Assembly: GCA_965243025.1 (NCBI GenBank)
Contig: CBDETY010000003.1
Coordinates: 2,816,001-2,880,000 of the forward strand
Source of the DNA: Candidatus Latescibacterota bacterium
GTDB taxonomy: Bacteria > Latescibacterota > UBA2968 > UBA8231
DNA: 64,000 nt
Direction: 5' to 3'
The notes under the pieces are model-generated. The model worked only from the letters and a program-made list of their open reading frames with translations, was not told where the DNA came from and did no database searches. Below are positions 26,560-36,163 of the stretch, piece after piece (the stretch's first letter is position 1; every line of letters starts with the position of its first letter). Made by a program: the position numbers and the translations under genes.

Positions 26560-26663
26560 TTCCAATCTCCCTGAGTTTGTGCCTGGTGATTTCCCTGCCA
26601 ATATTGAGCCGCGCAAAAAAGACGCCTATCACGACTCGCACACAACCTTCCCGGAGACATCTC

Positions 26664-27485
26664 ATGAGAATCGCGCGCATCGCCGACGGCGACCTGAATT
26701 CTGCGGAGAACTGCCACGGCGGCGCCGGCAGCCTGAACTACGCCGGCCACTGGCGCAGGAACGACTTCGAGACCCCCTGGTATTTCGTCCATTTCGGCTC
26801 GATTCCCCCCGGCGGCGGCATCGGCCATCACCGGCACGTCAACTGCGAGGAGATGTTCGTCACCTTCGACAACGCCGCCCAGTTCACCCACAACGGCCGC
26901 ACCGTCCAGGTCGAGGGGGGCGCCTGCGTCCCCTGCCGCAAGGGGGAGTCGCACGGCATCTACAACCACACCGCACAGCCGACCCGGTGGATGAACTTCT
27001 GCGTCACCGACCCGGGCGGAGAGTACGACGCCGACGACTTCGGCGACGACCGCGTCGGGGCGCCGCTGGAGTCGGCCGACCGCATACCTCTCGGGCGCTT
27101 CGACAAGTCGCTGCTGGCCGGCCACGGCGAGGTGCACAAGGGCAGGGGTGAGATCGGCATCCGCAACATCTGGGGGCACTCCGACTTCCGCACCAACTGG
27201 CATTTCGTCGCCCACGTCCTGATGCCCCCGGGGACCTCGATCGGGTACCACCGGCACGACACCGTCGAGGAGACCTACGTCGTCATCGACGGGTGCGGGC
27301 GCATGACCGTCGACGACGAGACCGAGGAGGTGTACCCCGGCGACTCGATCCCCAACCGGCTCGGCGGCTCGCACGGGATCTTCAACCACCGGCAGGAGGA
27401 CCTCGAGCTGTTCGTCATGGCGGTGACCCTGGAGCCGGGCGTGGCCGACAGCACGGACCACGGCGACGATCTCGTCGGCCGCTGA
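26664..27485 (+). CDS. Bicupin (two cupin domains) protein
   Basis: Two repeats of PPG..IG.HRH...EE......G..HGI.NH. Confidence 0.85.
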   Translation: MRIARIADGDLNSAENCHGGAGSLNYAGHWRRNDFETPWYFVHFGSIPPGGGIGHHRHVNCEEMFVTFDNAAQFTHNGRTVQVEGGACVPCRKGESHGIYNHTAQPTRWMNFCVTDPGGEYDADDFGDDRVGAPLESADRIPLGRFDKSLLAGHGEVHKGRGEIGIRNIWGHSDFRTNWHFVAHVLMPPGTSIGYHRHDTVEETYVVIDGCGRMTVDDETEEVYPGDSIPNRLGGSHGIFNHRQEDLELFVMAVTLEPGVADSTDHGDDLVGR

Positions 27486-27643
27486 GCGCCGCGGAAACCC
27501 CCCAGGGCTCCGGCCGAGGCAGCCCGACCTGCCCCGGGGGAACCCCGTCGACGACACGCCGCCCCCATCCACCCGACCCATCAACCGAACCCCGTCATCT
27601 CCCGGCGATCCTCCCCCGCAAGCCCACGCCCATAACGCCTTCC

Positions 27644-28393
27644 ATGACCCAGCAGTGGGATCCGGAGCAGTATGAACGGGACGGCGGCTTCGTCTCGGAC
27701 TACGGCCGCGAGGTCGTCGGGATTCTCAATCCCCAACCGGGCGAGCGCATCCTCGATCTGGGCTGCGGCGACGGCCGGCTGTCGGAGTTCATCGAGAGCT
27801 TTGGTTGTCGTCTGGTTGCGATCGATTCGAGCCCCGGACAAATCTCGGCGGCGCGCGATCGCCATCTCGACGCGCGGGTTGTCGACGCCGGAAGGCTGCC
27901 GTTCCGCGAGGAGTTCGACGCGGTCTTCAGCAACGCCGCCCTGCACTGGATAAGGCCGCCCGAGGCGGTCGTCCGGGGGGTTTTCGCCGCCCTCAGGCCG
28001 GGGGGCCGGTTCGTCGGCGAGCTCGGCGGCCGCGGCAACATCGCCGCCATCTGCGGGGCGCTGGCCGCCGCCCTGCCGGCGCACGGGCTCGAGTTCGAGG
28101 ACCTCAACCCCTGGTATTTCCCCGGCGCCGGGCAGTACTCGGATCTGCTGCGAGCCGCCGGGTTCACCGTCGATCAGATCGAGCTTTTCGACCGGCCGAC
28201 GCCGCTTGCTTCCGGCATCGACACCTGGCTGCGCACCTTCACCCGTGGCTTCCTCGAGCGGATACCCGACGCGGAGCGCGAGGGGTTCCTCGCCGGGCTC
28301 GCCGCGGCGCTGGAGCCGGCGCTGCGGCGCCACGGCGGAGAGTGGTTCGTAGACTATGTGCGGCTGCGCTTCGCCGCGGCGAAACCAGCCTGA
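27644..28393 (+). CDS. Class I SAM-dependent methyltransferase (Tam-like)
   Basis: ILDLGCGDG, FDAVFSNAALHW, LRPGGRF, DYVRLRF.A. Confidence 0.88.
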   Translation: MTQQWDPEQYERDGGFVSDYGREVVGILNPQPGERILDLGCGDGRLSEFIESFGCRLVAIDSSPGQISAARDRHLDARVVDAGRLPFREEFDAVFSNAALHWIRPPEAVVRGVFAALRPGGRFVGELGGRGNIAAICGALAAALPAHGLEFEDLNPWYFPGAGQYSDLLRAAGFTVDQIELFDRPTPLASGIDTWLRTFTRGFLERIPDAEREGFLAGLAAALEPALRRHGGEWFVDYVRLRFAAAKPA

Positions 28394-28426
28394 CGGAAAG
28401 CAGCCGTTACCCTCGGTCCGGTCACG

Positions 28427-28525
28427 GAGATAGATTGACAAAATCGGGACGCCGGGGCGCCCGGCCCGCAAGGCGCCTGATCGAGTCGTACCGAGGGTGT
28501 ACGGCGAGTGAAGGAAATTCCCGAT
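28427..28525 (+). repeat. Structured intergenic repeat, copy 1 (shortened)
   Basis: GAGATAGATTGACA...GGCGCCCGG..CAAGGCGCC..CGAGTCGTACCGAGGGTGTACGGCGAG shared with three other loci. Confidence 0.75.
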
Positions 28526-28539
28526 CCCTACCAGGAGAC

Positions 28540-30096
28540 ATGACCATGGCCGACCGCCGCTCCAGGGTCCCGCAGCGGACCTACGCGACCACCCTCGACG
28601 AGCAGCTCGAACAGCTCGAGACCGATCCGCTGCTGCAGCGGTTCCACGCCTCGCGGCAGCGCCTCTCCGGCGACCCGCACCGGCCCGTCTACCACTACGT
28701 CAATCCCGAGGGCAACCTCAACGACCCGAACGGGTTCTGCTACTGGCAGGGGCGCTACCACCTCTTCTACCAGGCGTACCCGCCGGAGGACGTCCGCCAG
28801 CACTGGGGCCACGCCTGCAGCGACGACCTCGTGCACTGGCGCGACCTGCCGCTGGCCATCTACCCCGACCCGGAGGACAAGTGCTTCAGCGGCTCCACCC
28901 TGGTCGAGAAGGACCGCGTCCTCGCCTGCTACCACGGCATCGACGAGGGCACCATGATCGCCGTTTCCTCCGACCCCCTGCTGCTCAACTGGGAGAAGCT
29001 GACCGGCAAGGCGGTCATACCCGACGTCGAGCCGGATGCCGCCGGCAACCCCTACCGCGTCGGCGATCCCTGCATCTGGCGGGAGGAGGACGGCTACTTC
29101 TCGCTGTCCGGCGGATACGTCGACGGCGCAATCTTCGAGGACGGCCGCATGGCGGAGTTCCTGTTTCACTCGCAGGACCTCGAGCGCTGGATCTACCTGG
29201 GCCGTTTCGTCGAGAACGACATCTTCACCGCCCCGGGGGAGGACGGGGCCGTCCCCTACTTCTGGCCGATCGGCGACCGCCACATCCTGCTGTTCGCCAG
29301 CCACCAGCGCGGCTCCCAGTACCTGATCGGCGACTACGACCGGCTGCGCCGCCGCTTCCGGGCCAGCGGCCACGGCCGCTTCAACTTCGGACCGCTGCGC
29401 AACGGCGGCGTGCACGCCCCGTCGGCTTTCCCCGACGGCGACGGCGGCATCCTGCTGATCCACAACATCAACCACGGGCGCGACACCGAAGGCTGGAACC
29501 ACGTCATGTCCCTGGTGCGGCGGCTGACCCTCAACGCCGACGGCTCCCTGCGGGTCGAGCCAGTGAAGGCGATAGAAGGGCAGCGAGGCGAGCACCGGGG
29601 CCTCGGGGAAACCGCCCTGCTCCCCAACCAGGAGTTCCTGCTGCCGGGGATCGAGGGCAACGCCCTGGAGCTGTCGCTCACGCTCGATCCGGGCAGCGCC
29701 CGCGAGCTGAGGATCGAGGTGCTGCGCTCCCCCGACCGCCGCGAGCACACCTCGATCCGCTATCTGAGGGAAGGGGGGCTGGCGCAGAACCCGGGGGACT
29801 ACCGCTGGAAGGGGGACGCCCTGGTGATCGACAACGCCGACAGCTCCTTCTCTTCCGAGGTGCTGGCGCGGCCGCCGGAGACCGCACCGTTCCAGCTCGC
29901 CGAAGGGGAGCTTCTCGAGCTGCGCATCTTCGTCGACAGGAGCGTCGTCGAGCTGTTCGCCAACGGCCGGCAGGCCATGGGGCTGCGCGCCTACCCCGAC
30001 CGCGGGGACAGCGTCGGGGTGTCGATCACCGCAATCGGCGGCCGGGCTTCCATGCCGTCGCTCGACGCCTGGCAGATGAGGAGTATCCATTCCTGA
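28540..30096 (+). CDS. Glycoside hydrolase family 32 (beta-fructofuranosidase-like)
   Basis: NDPNG, YHLFYQ, HWGHA.S.DLVHW, FSGS, GDP (RDP variant); C-terminal LRIFVDRSVVELFANG. Confidence 0.9.
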   Translation: MTMADRRSRVPQRTYATTLDEQLEQLETDPLLQRFHASRQRLSGDPHRPVYHYVNPEGNLNDPNGFCYWQGRYHLFYQAYPPEDVRQHWGHACSDDLVHWRDLPLAIYPDPEDKCFSGSTLVEKDRVLACYHGIDEGTMIAVSSDPLLLNWEKLTGKAVIPDVEPDAAGNPYRVGDPCIWREEDGYFSLSGGYVDGAIFEDGRMAEFLFHSQDLERWIYLGRFVENDIFTAPGEDGAVPYFWPIGDRHILLFASHQRGSQYLIGDYDRLRRRFRASGHGRFNFGPLRNGGVHAPSAFPDGDGGILLIHNINHGRDTEGWNHVMSLVRRLTLNADGSLRVEPVKAIEGQRGEHRGLGETALLPNQEFLLPGIEGNALELSLTLDPGSARELRIEVLRSPDRREHTSIRYLREGGLAQNPGDYRWKGDALVIDNADSSFSSEVLARPPETAPFQLAEGELLELRIFVDRSVVELFANGRQAMGLRAYPDRGDSVGVSITAIGGRASMPSLDAWQMRSIHS

Positions 30097-30276
30097 GTGG
30101 GAGACCGGCTGCATGCGGTCTCCGGCCCGGGTCAGGGTCGGTTTCCCGGTTCCGCCTGGCCGCTGTCTGCCTGCCCTGCATCGGGCTATCTTGGTCGAAA
30201 CAGCGTACCCGGGCCGTCCCCCCCGTCCCCCCCGAAAGGGTGCCGGGCCCCATCACCAAACGGAAGGAGGCGCTTC

Positions 30277-30999
30277 ATGGAAAGCGAAGCGACGCAGTCC
30301 CCGCAAATCGGCCTGATCGGCCGCATGATCCGCGTATTCCACGCCCCCCGGGAAACCTTCGAGTCGGTCGCGGCGTCGAGAACGGCGATCGACTGGGTGG
30401 CTCCCGCCGCCGTCTCCGCCGTCGTCGCCTTCGCCGCCGCGGTGGCGGTGATGCCGCTGGCCATGGAGGAGGGAGCGAAGGCGATTCAGGAACAGATGCA
30501 GGGCCAGGAGCTCAGCGACGAGCAGCGCGAGATGATGGAGAAGATGGCGGGACCCGGGCAGGCCATCGGCCTCGTCATGGCCCCGGCCGGCAGCTTCGTC
30601 GTGCTGTTCATCTCCGCCCTGCTGCTGCTCGGGGCCGCAAAGATCGCCGGCGCCGGCATCGGCTACTCCGGGATGCTGACCGTCAGCGCCTACTCGTCGC
30701 TGGTGCAGGCCCTGAAGGGGATCGTCGTCACCCCGCTGATGCTCTCCAAGAAGAGCATGGAGGTGCATACCGGCCTCGGACTCCTGCTCCCCGCGGAGAT
30801 GATGAACAGCTTCGCCGGCCGCTTTCTCGCCGGCATCGAGATCTTCTCGCTGTGGCAGGTCGTCATCGTCGCCGTCGGGATCTCCGCGCTCGGCAACGTC
30901 GATACCCGCAAGGCGCTCGTTCCGGTACTGGTTCTATGGCTGATATGGCTGCTGATCGCCGCCGGTCTGGGAGGCTTGCAACAGATGGCAACCGCTTGA
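30277..30999 (+). CDS. Yip1-family membrane protein (YknW-like)
   Basis: F.APRETFE N-terminus, 5 TM segments, FSLW motif; first gene of the ABC operon. Confidence 0.75.
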   Translation: MESEATQSPQIGLIGRMIRVFHAPRETFESVAASRTAIDWVAPAAVSAVVAFAAAVAVMPLAMEEGAKAIQEQMQGQELSDEQREMMEKMAGPGQAIGLVMAPAGSFVVLFISALLLLGAAKIAGAGIGYSGMLTVSAYSSLVQALKGIVVTPLMLSKKSMEVHTGLGLLLPAEMMNSFAGRFLAGIEIFSLWQVVIVAVGISALGNVDTRKALVPVLVLWLIWLLIAAGLGGLQQMATA

Positions 31000-31080
31000 A
31001 CAGGATGCGCAGGCGCCCGGACGCGGTCCGGACGGAAGCAGCACCGAACCTGCCGTTCCCCGGATCGGGAGGCTGAAACA

Positions 31081-32715
31081 TTGGCGGAAAACGCGCGCCG
31101 AAGAAGGGGCCGGCGCCCACTGTGGCAGAAGCTGCTGGTCTTCGTCCTTCTGGCCGGGTCCATCGGAGCGGTCGTCTACTTCAACCTCGACAAGGAGACC
31201 CCGGCGGAGACCTTCGCCACAGTCTCCGTCGAGCGCCGCGACCTCGTCGACAAGCTCGCCGAGACCGGCAGCATCGAGCTGGTGCGCACGGTCGAGGTGA
31301 AGCCGACCAACTCCGGGGTGATCCGGTCCCTGCACTTCGAGACCGGCGACTGGGTCGATTCCAGCCGGCTGATGGCGGTCATCGAACCGGACCCCAACCA
31401 GACCCTGCAGCTGTTCCAGAAGCGCTCCGCCGTCGAGAACGCCCGCATCAGTCTGCGCGAGCAGGAGAGGGATTACTCGCGCAAGAAAACCCTGTTCGAG
31501 AACCGCATGCTGCCCGGGAAGGAGTTCGAGGATGCCGACCGCGCCCTGACCCGGGCCCGCAACAGCCTGCGCCTGGCCGAGCTCGAGCTCGAGATCCTGG
31601 AGACCAAGGCCAATCTCGGCGGCGGCGGGCAATCCCGGGATGCGGAACTGGACGAAGTCCGCGTTCTCGCCCCGATCAGCGGGGTCGTCATCAAGAGGGA
31701 GGTCGAGGTCGGTGAGATCGTCGCTTCGGGCACCTCCCTGTCGGGGGGCACCGTGCTGTTTGAGATCGGCGACCCGAGCCAGATGATCGTGCGCGCCGAC
31801 ATAGCCGAGATCGACATCGGCGACCTCAGCACCGGGCAGGACGTCGACATCGTCGTCGACGCCTTCGCCGACACCACCTACCGCGGCACGGTCCGCTGGA
31901 TCGCCCCGGTCGGCGAGAAGAAGCAGGGCAGCACCATCGTCACCTTCGACGCCGAGATCGACATCCTCGACCGCGAGCCGCGGCTGCGCCAGGGCATGTC
32001 GTGCGATCTCGACATCATCTTCCGGCGCCGCGAAGGCACCCTCTGCCTGCCGGTGGAGGCGGTGCTCGAGCTGTTCGACGAAGAGGAGGAGGGCGGGGAG
32101 TCGGAGGTGAAGGGGCGCCGCGGCCGCTTCGTGACCTACCTCCATTCCCCCCCTGCCGACCCGGCCGCTGCCGATCCGGCTGCGGAGGCGAGCCGCGGTT
32201 CCCCAGGCGACACCCTCGGAACAGCTTCAGGTACCGGCACTTCGGGCAGCCCCATGGCCGGGGATACTCTTCGGGCCGCCTCGGATATCCCTGCCGGCAG
32301 CGCTTCGTCCCGGGATTCGACCACGGGGCCGGGCGCTTCCCGGGCCCAATCCTCCGATACCGCTTCTACCGGAATCCACCCCGCGGAAGCATCGACGGAA
32401 GATTCAGTATCCGGCGCCCCACGGTCCGCGATTGGCGACACCGCTTCCGCCAGCGCACCCGCAGCTGAGGATCAGGCGGACACCTCGGCGGCGAAAGCGG
32501 ACTCCGCCTCGGGCAAGCCCACCCCTCCCATGGTCCCCCTCGACGGATTCACCGAGGTCGAGCTCGTCATCGGCCTCGAGACCTCCACGCGCATCGAGAT
32601 CCTCTCCGGCCTCCGGGAAGGGGATCGGGTCGCCGCCGATCCCGAGACGATCCGGAGGAAGCTGAAGGCGAAGGAGGGACCGCCGGAAGCCGAGGGGGCG
32701 GACGGACGCCGCTGA
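31081..32715 (+). CDS. MacA-like periplasmic adaptor (MFP) with a long Ser/Ala/Thr-rich insertion
   Basis: N-terminal TM; V.APISGVV, V..GE.V.SG, I.E.DI..L..GQ.V, LR.GMS, EILSGL.EGD.V. Confidence 0.85.
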   Translation: MAENARRRRGRRPLWQKLLVFVLLAGSIGAVVYFNLDKETPAETFATVSVERRDLVDKLAETGSIELVRTVEVKPTNSGVIRSLHFETGDWVDSSRLMAVIEPDPNQTLQLFQKRSAVENARISLREQERDYSRKKTLFENRMLPGKEFEDADRALTRARNSLRLAELELEILETKANLGGGGQSRDAELDEVRVLAPISGVVIKREVEVGEIVASGTSLSGGTVLFEIGDPSQMIVRADIAEIDIGDLSTGQDVDIVVDAFADTTYRGTVRWIAPVGEKKQGSTIVTFDAEIDILDREPRLRQGMSCDLDIIFRRREGTLCLPVEAVLELFDEEEEGGESEVKGRRGRFVTYLHSPPADPAAADPAAEASRGSPGDTLGTASGTGTSGSPMAGDTLRAASDIPAGSASSRDSTTGPGASRAQSSDTASTGIHPAEASTEDSVSGAPRSAIGDTASASAPAAEDQADTSAAKADSASGKPTPPMVPLDGFTEVELVIGLETSTRIEILSGLREGDRVAADPETIRRKLKAKEGPPEAEGADGRR

Positions 32716-32743
32716 CCCGGGACCGCCCGAGCACCTGCACCGA

Positions 32744-33973
32744 ATGGTCATCCACGAGCCCATCGCCGTGGGCCTGGCCCAGCTCAGGGCCAACAAGCTC
32801 CGCTCCCTGCTCACCCTGCTCGGAATCGTGATCGGCGTCGCTTCCGTTATCGGCATCGTCTCGCTCGGCGGCGGCCTGCGGCGCACCGTCATGGGGGAGT
32901 TCGAGCGCGAGGGCGGGGCCACGGCGATCACCGTGGGACCCCCGAACCCCTGGGAGCGGGTCGACGGCCGCTGGGTGCACCGCCACTGGGCCGAGTACCT
33001 GACCTCCGGCGACCTGCGCGCGATCCGCGCCGAGACCGGCCTCATCCGCACCGCCGTGCCCACCGTTGGCGCCAGCGCCGAGCTGCGCTACCTCAAGACG
33101 ACGGCGAACGCCGGGGTGACCGGAACCTCCGAGGAGTACGGCCAGGCCTTCCACTGGGGGGTCTCCGAGGGCCGCCACCTCAGCGCCGACGACGTCCGCT
33201 TGAACCGCAAGGTCTGCGTCCTCGGGGCGAAGGTGCGCGAGGATCTGTTCGGCAGCGCCGACCCGGTCGGCGAGGAGGTCAAGCTGAACGGCGACCGCTA
33301 CACCGTGATCGGCGTGCTCGAGCCGCGGCTGCGCTTCGGGCGCGAGCAGGGCCGCGACGTCCTCATTCCCTTCACCACCGCGCAGAGGCGCTTCACCGGG
33401 GAACGCCGGCTCGCTGAGATCTCCCTGTTCGCCGCCGGGATCGAGGAGGTGCCGGCCGTGGAGGCGGCGGTGCGCCGGGTGCTGAAACGGCGCCACGAGC
33501 ACGGCGACGAGTTCCGGGTCGAGGCCAACAGGGAACAGATCGAGGACGCCAACAGCGTCATCGGCATCATGCAGAAAATCGCCGGTGGCATCGCCGGCAT
33601 CTCCCTGCTGGTCGGCGGGATCGGCATCATGAACATCATGCTCGTATCGGTGACGGAGCGGACCCGGGAGATCGGCATCCGCAAGGCGATCGGGGCGCGC
33701 TCCGGGCAGATCCTGTTCCAGTTCCTCGCCGAGGCGGTGGTGCTCGCCGCCGCGGGGGCCGTTCTCGGAACCGCCTTCGGCATCGGCTTCGGGGCCGCCA
33801 TCGAGGCGGTCATACACTTGTTGGCCCCGGGCTCCCCCTTTTCCAGCGTCGTAACCCTCCAATCCGTTCTCTGGGCCGTGGGAGCCGCCTGCGGCATCGG
33901 CGTGTTCTTCGGGGTCTACCCCGCCTTCCGCGCCGCGCGCATGGACCCGGTAGAGGCCCTGCGCTACGAATGA
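32744..33973 (+). CDS. MacB/FtsX-type ABC transporter permease
   Basis: [61 protein letters not shown]. Confidence 0.92.
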   Translation: MVIHEPIAVGLAQLRANKLRSLLTLLGIVIGVASVIGIVSLGGGLRRTVMGEFEREGGATAITVGPPNPWERVDGRWVHRHWAEYLTSGDLRAIRAETGLIRTAVPTVGASAELRYLKTTANAGVTGTSEEYGQAFHWGVSEGRHLSADDVRLNRKVCVLGAKVREDLFGSADPVGEEVKLNGDRYTVIGVLEPRLRFGREQGRDVLIPFTTAQRRFTGERRLAEISLFAAGIEEVPAVEAAVRRVLKRRHEHGDEFRVEANREQIEDANSVIGIMQKIAGGIAGISLLVGGIGIMNIMLVSVTERTREIGIRKAIGARSGQILFQFLAEAVVLAAAGAVLGTAFGIGFGAAIEAVIHLLAPGSPFSSVVTLQSVLWAVGAACGIGVFFGVYPAFRAARMDPVEALRYE

Positions 33974-35193
33974 TCCTGCTCGAGTCGCTGCGCATCGCCT
34001 TCGGCCAGGTCTGGGCCCACAAGCTGCGCTCCATGCTCACCCTGCTCGGCATCCTGATAGGGGTCGGCTCCGTGGTCGGCATCGTCTCGATCAGCGAGGG
34101 GATGCGGCGCATGGTGGTCGGCGAGTTCGGCAAGATCTTCGGCGACCGGATTCTGGAAGTCCGGCCCCGTGAGTGGATGCTCAGGGACGGGCGCTGGGTG
34201 CAGAACCACCGGTTCCGGCCGATGGCGATGGAGGACGTCGCCCTGGTCAAGGGGGTCTCCGACCGCATCGAGGCGGTCCTGCCGATGCTGACCGCCGGCG
34301 CCCGGATGCGCTACGCCAAGGCGACCTGGGAAGGCCAGCTCGAGGCCACGGTGCCGGCCTACGCCGAGGCCTACGACTGGAGGGCGGGCGAGGGCCGCTT
34401 CCTCCTGCCCCGGGACGTCAGCGCCGCCCGCAGCGTCTGCGTTCTCGGCATGCAGGCCAAGGAGGCGCTGTTCGGCCGCGCCCCGGCCGTCGGCCGGGAA
34501 GTGAAGCTCAACGGCGATCGCTACGCGGTCGCCGGGGTCATGGAGGAGCGAACCCTGTTCGGACAGGAGTGGAGCAGCATCGTCTTCGTGCCGGCGACCA
34601 CGGCGATGCAGCGGCTGTTGGGCACCCGCCAGATCTCCGGGGTCGTCGCCGTCGCCGCCTCCGCCGAGGAGGTTCCGCGTCTCGGCGCCGCCATCGTCGC
34701 CGCCCTGCAGGAGAAGTACGGGGGGCGGATGGAGTACGAGATCGACAGTCCCGCGAACCTCATCAGCCAGATCGAGCAGACGATCCTGGTCATGAAGCTG
34801 GTCAGCGGGGGCATCGCCGGCATCTCCCTGCTGGTCGGCGGCATCGGCATCATGAACATGATGCTGGTGTCGGTTACCGAGCGCACCCGCGAGATCGGCA
34901 TCCGCAAGGCGATCGGCGCCAAACCTTCGGCGGTGCTCCTGCAGTTCGTCATCGAGGCGGTCGTGCTCAGCCTCTTCGGAGGGCTGCTGGGGATCGCCGC
35001 CGGGTTCGGGATCGGCGAGGGGATCTCGGCGGTGATCGGGCGCTACTCCGACATCCCCTACCCCAGCGCGGTCTCCCCGGCCTCGATCGCCATCGCCCTG
35101 GGCATCTCCTCGGCGGTCGGCCTCTTCTTCGGCATCTACCCGGCGGCCCGGGCCTCGAAGCTCGACCCGGTGGCCGCCCTCGGCTTCGAGTGA
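33970..35193 (+). CDS. MacB/FtsX-type ABC transporter permease, second paralog
   Basis: Same motifs as the preceding gene. Confidence 0.92.
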   Translation: MILLESLRIAFGQVWAHKLRSMLTLLGILIGVGSVVGIVSISEGMRRMVVGEFGKIFGDRILEVRPREWMLRDGRWVQNHRFRPMAMEDVALVKGVSDRIEAVLPMLTAGARMRYAKATWEGQLEATVPAYAEAYDWRAGEGRFLLPRDVSAARSVCVLGMQAKEALFGRAPAVGREVKLNGDRYAVAGVMEERTLFGQEWSSIVFVPATTAMQRLLGTRQISGVVAVAASAEEVPRLGAAIVAALQEKYGGRMEYEIDSPANLISQIEQTILVMKLVSGGIAGISLLVGGIGIMNMMLVSVTERTREIGIRKAIGAKPSAVLLQFVIEAVVLSLFGGLLGIAAGFGIGEGISAVIGRYSDIPYPSAVSPASIAIALGISSAVGLFFGIYPAARASKLDPVAALGFE

Positions 35194-35198
35194 CGGCG

Positions 35199-35900
35199 AT
35201 GCTGATCGACCTGAAGGGAATCGAGAAGGTCTACGAGATGGAGGCCGAGGACGTGCGCGCCCTGCGCGGCGTCGACCTCGAGATCGAAGGGGGAGAGTAC
35301 GCCGCAATCATGGGCCCCTCCGGCTCGGGCAAGTCGACGCTGATGAACATCGTCGGCTGCCTCGACACCCCGAGCGCCGGCACCTACCGCCTCAACGGCG
35401 CCGACGTTTCGGAGATGAACCCCAACGAGCTGGCCGACGTGCGCAACCAGCAGATCGGCTTCGTCTTCCAGACCTTCAACCTGCTGCCCCGCTCCAGCGC
35501 CTTCCACAACGTCGAGCTGCCCCTGGTCTACGCCGGGACGCGGCGGCGCCAGAGACGGGAAAGGGCCGAGGCCGCCCTCGAGCGCGTCGGCCTCGCCGAC
35601 CGCATGGACCACCGGCCCGCCGAGCTGTCCGGGGGACAGCGCCAGCGGGTGGCCATCGCCCGGGCGCTGGTCAACGAGCCGTCGCTGCTGCTCGCCGACG
35701 AGCCGACAGGCAACCTCGACAGCCGCACCGGGGAGGAGATCATGGGCCTCTTCGACCACCTGCACGCCGAGGGAAACACCGTCATCCTCGTCACCCACGA
35801 GCAGCATGTCGCCGGCCACGCGCGGCGCTCGATAGCCATCCTCGACGGCCTCGTGGCTTCCGACGAAAGGAGGGGCGGTCAGCCCTCGGACCGTTCCTGA
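35199..35900 (+). CDS. LolD/MacB-type ABC ATP-binding protein
   Basis: [39 protein letters not shown]. Confidence 0.93.
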   Translation: MLIDLKGIEKVYEMEAEDVRALRGVDLEIEGGEYAAIMGPSGSGKSTLMNIVGCLDTPSAGTYRLNGADVSEMNPNELADVRNQQIGFVFQTFNLLPRSSAFHNVELPLVYAGTRRRQRRERAEAALERVGLADRMDHRPAELSGGQRQRVAIARALVNEPSLLLADEPTGNLDSRTGEEIMGLFDHLHAEGNTVILVTHEQHVAGHARRSIAILDGLVASDERRGGQPSDRS

Positions 35901-36163
35901 GCCGCGGCCCCGAGCTTTGCCATTACGAAGTCGACGATAGCGTCGCAGGTCTCGAACAGCTCGATGCGCAGCTCCTCGTCGTCGATCTCGAAGCCGAACT
36001 CCTCCTCCAGGCCGGCGATCAGCTCGAGCGAGGCGACCGACGAGGCGCCGCCGTCCCCGAACAGGGGCTCGCCGTCCGGGATTTCCTCCGGATCGATGTC
36101 GAGCCCGAGGGTGGCGGCGATCGTCCGCTTAACCCGCTTTCTCGTCTCTTCCCGTTCCGGCAT
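35879..36163 (-). CDS. Acyl/peptidyl carrier protein-like
   Basis: 94 aa, acidic; [27 protein letters not shown]; attachment motif atypical (SSV rather than DSL). Confidence 0.75.
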   Translation of the reverse strand: MPEREETRKRVKRTIAATLGLDIDPEEIPDGEPLFGDGGASSVASLELIAGLEEEFGFEIDDEELRIELFETCDAIVDFVMAKLGAAAQERSEG

